From Amoebidium appalachense (Eukaryota; Protista; Ichthyosporea), in assembly GCA_963693365.1 (NCBI GenBank), contig CAVNZM010000001.1, positions 13,006,418 through 13,070,417 on the forward strand: 64,000 bases of DNA, read 5' to 3'. Every line of letters starts with the position of its first letter. Position 1 is the first letter of the stretch. The notes below the pieces were generated by a model. That model was not told where the DNA came from. It worked only from the letters and a program-made list of their open reading frames with translations, and did no database searches. Of the stretch, positions 57,312 through 64,000 are shown one piece after another. The position numbers and the translations under genes were made by a program.

Positions 57312-57624
57312 AATCGTCGCACGTAGGAAAAGTAGACCGTACCCCCCTGTGGAATGCAGAATAGCTTTTTTTGGTTCGGTCGTCATTATCCCGGGAATCT
57401 TGATGGCGACGGACGGCCTGAGTCTCTAGATGGCCGTGGTCAGGGCCGGAATCGGATCCCTGACAGGTGCATTGTGGGTCGAAAGACGTAGGGCTCCCTT
57501 TCGTAAAAACGTTTTTTTTTTAATTCCTTATATGGCTAATCTGATTGAACCGGATTCGATCTGGACCAATCATAAATACCCCTTGGCAGAGTTTTCTCGT
57601 ACAACACGCAGGGCCAACTTAAAG

Positions 57625-58290
57625 GCGCCCAATCTGTGCGCGCGGCGGTCATATGGACTGCGAATTTTCTAATAACAGTTGGCGCTGATACGGAGCCAAT
57701 CAGACGCGCGAATAGATTTCAATAGATCGACTTTTGATGTGGCTCACGAATTTGATCGAATCCAGTCCTGCGCAGACGAGCCAAATTGGGATCCATGTTG
57801 CCTCCTCCTAGGCCTCGCTGTGAACAACTTTTCATATTTTTCACTAATCAACCCCCCATAAAAATTTGCAGAACTCGATTTCTCACTATTACAAAGCGAT
57901 ACAAGAGGGCTTTTTTTATATCTATAGTTTAAAGGTGGGTTAATTATAACCTTATGCAAAGGCTATAATTAGCCCACCATTGAATTATAGATATTACAAA
58001 AAGCTCTCTTGTATTGCTTTGTGATAGTGAGAAATCGAGTTCTGCAATTTTTTATGGGGGGTTGATTAGTGAAAAATATGAAAAGTTGTTCACAGCGAGG
58101 CCTAGGGGGAGGCAACATGGATCCCAATTTGGCTCGTCTGCGCCGGACTGGATTCGATCTAATTCGTGAGCCACATCAAAAGTCGATCTATTGAAATCTA
58201 TTCGCGCGTCTGATTGGCTCCGTATCAACGCCAATTGTTATTGGAAAATTCGCAGTCCATATGACCGCTGCGCGCACAGAAGTTGGGCGC
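57625..58290. repeat. Long near-perfect palindrome (arms ~330 bp, loop of a few nt near 57955)
   Basis: The arms are reverse complements. The mirrored ORFs 57679-57861(+) and 58052-58234(-) are almost identical. Confidence 0.95.
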
Positions 58291-58845
58291 AACGTAGCAA
58301 TGCAGCAGCAGTATGGCCTTGGCGCCTATCTCGACGTCACCTGACAACCTGAACAGTCACTGACTCACCCGCGTGAGCACGCGTTTCTTCTGGCAGACGA
58401 ACTTCAAGCCCACGCATATTCTAGAGACCCCTAGATCGTCCCTCTATACTAAATCGAAGGGCTTGGGTGCCCTATTCCATTGCAACTTCAGGCGCTTTGA
58501 TTGGTCCGCAGTTTTTTGACTTGCCAGTCCTATACTCATCCAACCGACTGCGGCAAACAATTTACGTGATTTTTGGCCAATCCGAAATGTTTGCGCAAAC
58601 ACGCGGATGGACGTACTATGGCCACTCTGGGGGCGCACACAGTACTAGTGTTTGTTTACTTGCCACTCTGGGGACTGCATGTGGGTGCACACTGTACGAG
58701 TGTTTGTTTACTGCCCACTCTGGGGATGCATGTGGGTGCACACAGTGTTTGTTTACTGGCCAGGGTGGCCACGGGGCCAGCCCGCAGCAGAATGGAGGTA
58801 TGTACAGGGCAGCTGGCCCGCAGCGCCGCACTATGTTGTCCGCCT

Positions 58846-61251
58846 TTACGCCTTGTAGTGGTAGCGTTTCCTGCACCCCAGGGTCAGTGCTATGCCCCCC
58901 TCCCGCCTTTGCCCGTTGTGCCGGGCAGCACCTGTCGTCCTTGTTGCGCTCCAGGTATTCCTTCTCGATCAGATTCTCGATGCGCTGCTTGATCACCTGC
59001 GGGTTGGGCAGGAACCGCCCTGCAGCACACGGTCAGCATGGCGCCTGGCTGGGGCTGGGTCTGGGGGGGGGGGGCCATGTACCTTGCAGCTGGGCCGTGA
59101 CCTCGGCCACCAGGTTGTTGTGGTCCATGGTCTTGCGCGCCTTCATGATGCGCACCACACACGCCTCGATAGTGTGCAAGTCAAGGTCCATGGGGCAGGC
59201 ATCACAAACATGCTCAATTAACCACACATACTCCCCCCCCCCCCCCCTTTCCCCCCTCCCTCCCCCCTTCTTACCCCCTCCCCCCCCCCCCCCCCCCAAA
59301 AAAAGCGTCCATAACCGCCCACATCCGCAGGCCCTAATGAGGGACGACCCCCCCCCCCCTTTTCATGGTGCGGATATACATGCTTGCGGTCATCGTCCAC
59401 CCTGTGCCGTGTGTCCTGGCTCTCCTTCTCCGTCTCCCTCTGCGCCACTGCCCCCCCCAATAATCAGCACCAGGGCCCAGATCCAGCCAGGGGGCATTTA
59501 GGGTCTGTACCCATGGGGATCTTGACCCTGATGTTCTTGCTAGTGAACTGCGTGTTGATGGCAAACGTGTCGCCGTCGTTGACGTCCTTGCCCTTTGGCA
59601 TCTTGGCCAGCACCTTGATCTTGCCGCAGGCCAGCGACTGCAGCGCCCGCCGCAGTGCCCCGTTGGGGATGCCCGTGCGCTCGGCAATGACCTGCAGGGG
59701 GGTCAGGGCTTGTGGTGGGGGGCAGGCAGGGGGCGTACAGTAAATCGCCTAAATCGGCCCACCTTTTGCACCATGTACAAGCGGCGACTAAGAAACCTTA
59801 GAGAAGTAGACTATACGAAAAAAACAAAAATCTATATATAGTTGCATATAAATGTCTTTTTTTGCTTTCGACACCGAGGATGAACTTTAGCGGTAAATTT
59901 TTGGTTTGTGGTAAAATGGCCCGCCCGGACGGGAATCGGTCAGATTCGACCAAACTGGCAGTTCAGCTCAGTTTAAAAAAATGACAAAACGCGGTTGTGA
60001 GCGGTGTCGCTCATATAGGTTTCGCAGCGCAAGCGCTTTCTTCGTATGGTTAGAAGGTAAGAAAAATGCTTTCTAGAGGTCCCCCACACTTGCAAAGGTG
60101 GGCCGATTTAAAACACGGGCCGGTTGAGGCCAATACTGTACCTCGAGGGCCAGCGTGTCTGCAGGGCCCAGGTCGTTGAACAGCAGCAGCACCAGCATCT
60201 GGTAGGTGCTCATGGACAGCACGTAGGCCTTGTCAAACTGCCCCCGCAGGTCCGCCATGCCCTGCACGTGCCAACACTCAGTGCCCGGCCCCCTCCCCCA
60301 CCCCCAGGGCACCGCCCACCATCTGCAGCTGCCACGTCAGCTTGCGGCCGTTGTGTGCCCCCAGGTAGTACGTCTCGAAGCTCTGCAGCCCCGTCAGCAC
60401 AAGGTCCGTATGGGCGGGGGCAGGGGGAGGGGGAGGGGTTGATACCTTGCAGGCGTCCAACAGGGGGGGAGGGAGGATGGCGGTGGCGGGCTCCGAGTGC
60501 ACAGGCCAGTATGTGGTGGTCAGGACCTGCACGGACAGGTCCACGGGCAGGGTGTGGCTGCGGTCGGCCAGGTGGGTGCGGAATTGCTGCATGGTGTCCC
60601 TGCTGATGGCCATGTCCTTGAACATGCCCTCGAGCTTGCTGGTGAACAGGTTGCCGCACTCGACCCGCAGCTTGCTGATCATGCTGCGCTCGGCATCGTC
60701 GCTGGCGCTGCGCTGCTGCAGCAGGCGTTTGGCCAGGTGGTTCTTGTAGTAGCGCTCAAAGACGTCCTTGTCCTCCAGGTAGCGGAACAGCATGATCGTG
60801 CGCTCCAGCAGCCCGTCCATGTCGTCCTCGCTGGCCCCCTTGGCCCCCTTCTTGAGCTGCCCGTCAATGAACAGCGACATGAACTCGGGCGACTTGCTGT
60901 TAAGGTTGATGAACTGCGTGAACGCCTGCGGGCCCCAACCGTGTCAGCATGCCCCACACCACAGCACATCACAAAAGGGCAGGGGGGGGCCCCCTACGGC
61001 ACTGAGGGTCTGTGTGAACTTTGGGTCGGAGGCAAATGCGCCCTTGAGCAGCGTGTCGTATGTGTCCTTGAGGGCCAGCAGGTCACCCACGTACTTGTTG
61101 GGGTCCTTGCCGGCCTCCTCGCTGGTCACCAGGGCCTTGCCCACAGTGCGCAGGTGCTGCCCCAGGCAGTCGCACATGCTGTGCAGCCCCTGCTCCACCC
61201 GCTGCAGCAGCCGGTACAGCAGCTGAAGGTCTATGCCGACCCCGGTCAGCA

Positions 61252-61290
<39 letters not shown>

Positions 61291-62413
61291 AGCACCCCAA
61301 GGGCCACGCACCTTCCAGACGATTGTTCTCCATCATGAACACCATCCCCGAATGCTCCATCTGCACCCACCCGTCAGCCAAACACCCAGTCCCAGAGGAG
61401 GAGGAGGGGGGGGGGGGGCTGAGCAAGGGGCACGTACGGCTATGACCTGCTGCATGTGCCTGCTGATCAGCTCGGCATCCAGCACCCCCCGCAGCTTGGG
61501 CTCTGTCTCGGGCAGCATGTAGTGCTCGACCCGCTCGAGCTCGTCGGCCAGCCAGCGCTCGACCTGGCGCAGGTATGTGGCGGCGTTGTTCTGGGCAAGG
61601 AACTGGGCACTGGCCAGGCGGTAGTGCTGCGCCGTGGCGTCCAGCATGTGACGCTCAAAGACGTCCTCGTACACGGCCCGGCTGCTGATGCCCAGCTCGG
61701 CCAGCATGGCCAGGATGTTCCGCACCAGCGCCCGGTCCACCACCTCGCTGGCCCGCTCCCGAGCCACCAGGCCCAGCAGGGTGCTGGTCAGGCTGGCCTT
61801 GATGCGCCCGTTGCCCACCACCCGTTCCAGAAACAGCGTCAGCCCGGCCTCGTACACTGGCGCCACCCCGGCAGTGCTCACGTAGTGCTTGTCCTGCAGC
61901 ACGGGTCAGTGCGTGCCGGCATGCGCTGGGATTATAGAGTTCACCATGCACACAGGGGTCTGCCAGCCACAAGCACACGACACACGCACCATGTACATGA
62001 GGATGTCGCGGACCATGAGCATGGCCATCTTGTGCCGGTCCCAGTGCGTGCGCATGCGGCCCAGCAGGTCCCCCTCGATGGCCCCCTCCAGGTCGGCCGC
62101 CACGGTCTGCAGGTGGGCCGAAACCACCTCGTGCAGGCCCTTGTAGAGGCGCTCGCCCTTCTTGTGCAGCACCATGTTGTAGGCGTTGCGATACAGCTCC
62201 TCGAACGACAGCTGGCTGGCGTCCTGGTGCTGGATCTTGACTATCGCATCCCGCAGCAGCCGCCATGCCTCCTCGGCCATGCCCGGGTCCTGCTGCTCCA
62301 CCAGCCTCAGGCCATGCCCCCTCAAATACACACACACACGCACACACGCACACACACACACACACACACACCTGGGCGGTCTGTGCCCTGTAGGGCTTGA
62401 TGCGGTTGGCCAT
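58846..62413 (-). CDS. CUL3: Cullin-3, about 13 exons
   Basis: [79 protein letters not shown], neddylation motif [13 protein letters not shown] and [16 protein letters not shown]...YHYKA-stop. Confidence 0.95.
59172..59377 (-). other. U12-type (minor spliceosome) AT-AC intron in CUL3
   Basis: 5' end ATATCCGC, branch site CCTTGAC at 59186-59180, 3' end ...CAC. Splicing gives [17 protein letters not shown] in frame. Confidence 0.88.
59738..60138. mobile_element. Tc1/mariner-pogo-like MITE in a CUL3 intron, TA target duplication
   Basis: TA|CAGTA...TACTG|TA ends. Subterminal inverted repeat taaatcggcccacctt(t)tgca at 59750-59770 and 60091-60110. Confidence 0.8.
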
Positions 62414-64000
62414 GCTGCCCCGCCACCGGCCAGAGGCCACTGCTGCCGGCCCACTGCTGCCCGGCCCCCGTGAGCCCTTGCCTGCAACCCTCTCTTCCGC
62501 CCTGCCTGTCTCAACCCCCACCACCAGCCTACTAGAAATCTCTCCGCCCATCTTCCTCCGTGAAATGCCCTCATACAGCCCCGCTAAACCCCAATCCTTT
62601 CGCCCCTTGGCGCACAATGCGTTGCCATTCTGAACACTTTGCCCTGGCAGATCCCACCTCTATTCCCCCAAAAAACAGCCAATCTTCCCAAACCCACTGA
62701 TCACTCCCCCCGCAATCCACCAATCACCCCCCCCCCCCCTCCACCTGCGCACATACACATTCACGTGTACCGTGTATGTATGTGCATGACTGCCCGTGTC
62801 CTTTTATGTTTTGCTCTCATATTGCAGCTGCTTCTCTCTCCTTCTATGTTCCGTAAATGTGGCTCACGGACAAACATGGTGTGTAGACCCAATTATGGTC
62901 TGTGTGGAGTCGTGCTGGTGTGCCAACCCACTAAGGCCCGTCACCCCGATCAGTGCTAAAGGTGTTCTTCAAAACCCCCCATCCCCTCTCCCCTCCGACC
63001 CTTTGGTATATGCATTTGTGTGTTCCCTCGTTCCTGCTTATGGGTGGGTGGGTGCACACGACCCTGCTCCCCCCTTTGCATTTCTGCATCAACCTGCGTG
63101 GTGCAACCACGTGTGTGCAGGCACACAGCCCACTTAACCGAGGTAACGGCGCATAGAAGGAGGGGTTTCCAAGGGGGGAAGGGGAGAATAAGGACATGCA
63201 AGGGGCATGCAAGGGGCAGTGGGGCATGCAAGGGGCAGTGGGGCATGCAAGCATAGAAGCAGTTATGCAAGGTCCAGGGGTGGTTAGAGCAGAAAGGATG
63301 GTTAAAAGGTGGAGTGAAGGCAAGGATATGTAGAGCAATGGGGGCCTCAACATGCGGTACACAAGAAAGAGCAGCACACGGCACAGCACCAAGACCTACA
63401 CACAAGCAGGCGCACACAGTGTGCATCACAACTTGAGCACAGCTCCAAACAACACTTCCACGGTTCCCCAGCCTAGACGGACTGGTGGTGGTGGTGGCAG
63501 TGGTGGTAGAGGAAGAGGGGAGGAAAGAGAGTCGTGGCCAAGGCCTCAGGTAGACCAATCATCCTGCCCCAACACAACCGGGCTGACGAAATATCCCCAC
63601 CACCCTCCACTAGTAAATCACCACCCATGCTGCACACCCACACAACACTTCCAGGATCGGGTACTCGAGAGGCTAACGGGCACTGGGACAATGACCCGTG
63701 CTTGTGTGTTTAAACAGGGGGAGAGGGGCGGGGCGCGGGGAGAGCGAGGGGACAGGGAAGAGGGAAGGATTTTCTTCCTGGCAAACATAAAAATATGCAA
63801 AGGCCCCAATGCCCAAGAAAACAGGATAAAAAGAAGCAGGAGAAACAGACACGGGGGCCAATCACCAAGCCATATGTGCATGCTTCTAGCCCTGTGCTTT
63901 AGCACAGGCAGAAAGCACATATGCAAACATGAAGTGCAATGGCAGAAGTGTCACTGCATATGCATGCCAGCATTTGTTTCCTTGGTGTGCGAATATTTCA

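Larger units (their letters stand above)
54658..57438 (+). mobile_element. TIR DNA transposon derivative carrying a THAP-domain gene
   Basis: TIR cacggccatctagag(g)actcaggccgtccgtc at 54658-54689, inverted at 57408-57438. Flanking direct repeat GTCAGGGCC at 54649-54657 and 57439-57447. Confidence 0.85.

Noticed and set aside
57679-58234. Twin 60-aa ORFs on opposite strands
   Set aside because: They are a by-product of the palindrome, have non-ATG starts and show no coding evidence.
62600-64000. ORFs upstream of CUL3
   Set aside because: Low-complexity sequence with short repeats and no consistent exon structure or motif.

Overview
Eukaryotic genomic DNA, probably from a protist (lineage not determinable). 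It has short introns with long G/C homopolymers and many (CA)n/(GT)n microsatellites. Only two host genes are clear, both on the minus strand: a signal-peptide-bearing FAD-dependent fumarate reductase (Osm1/flavocytochrome c type, 22507-26016) and cullin-3 (58846-62413). The rest is mostly mobile DNA: (i) two tail-to-tail tyrosine-recombinase (DIRS/Ngaro/PAT-like) retroelements with split direct repeats; (ii) a decayed, intron-containing DDE-like gene whose motif order recalls RAG1/Transib-type transposases, with a convergent unknown ORF; (iii) an in-frame fusion of a Ngaro/DIRS gag-RT to a chromovirus (Gypsy) RT-RNaseH-integrase-chromodomain-LTR; (iv) a ~183-bp satellite array next to a Plavaka/EnSpm-like exon; (v) a non-LTR RT fragment; (vi) a TIR/TSD-bounded THAP element; (vii) a ~665-bp near-perfect palindrome and several MITEs. 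Splicing highlights: an AT-AC (U12-type) intron in CUL3, a Tc1/pogo-like MITE inserted in a CUL3 5' splice site, and two apparent GC-AG introns in the fumarate reductase. Family assignments come from motif recognition by eye, with no database search. Several frameshifts fall in homopolymers and may be sequencing errors. Most long ORFs over the microsatellites are artefacts.
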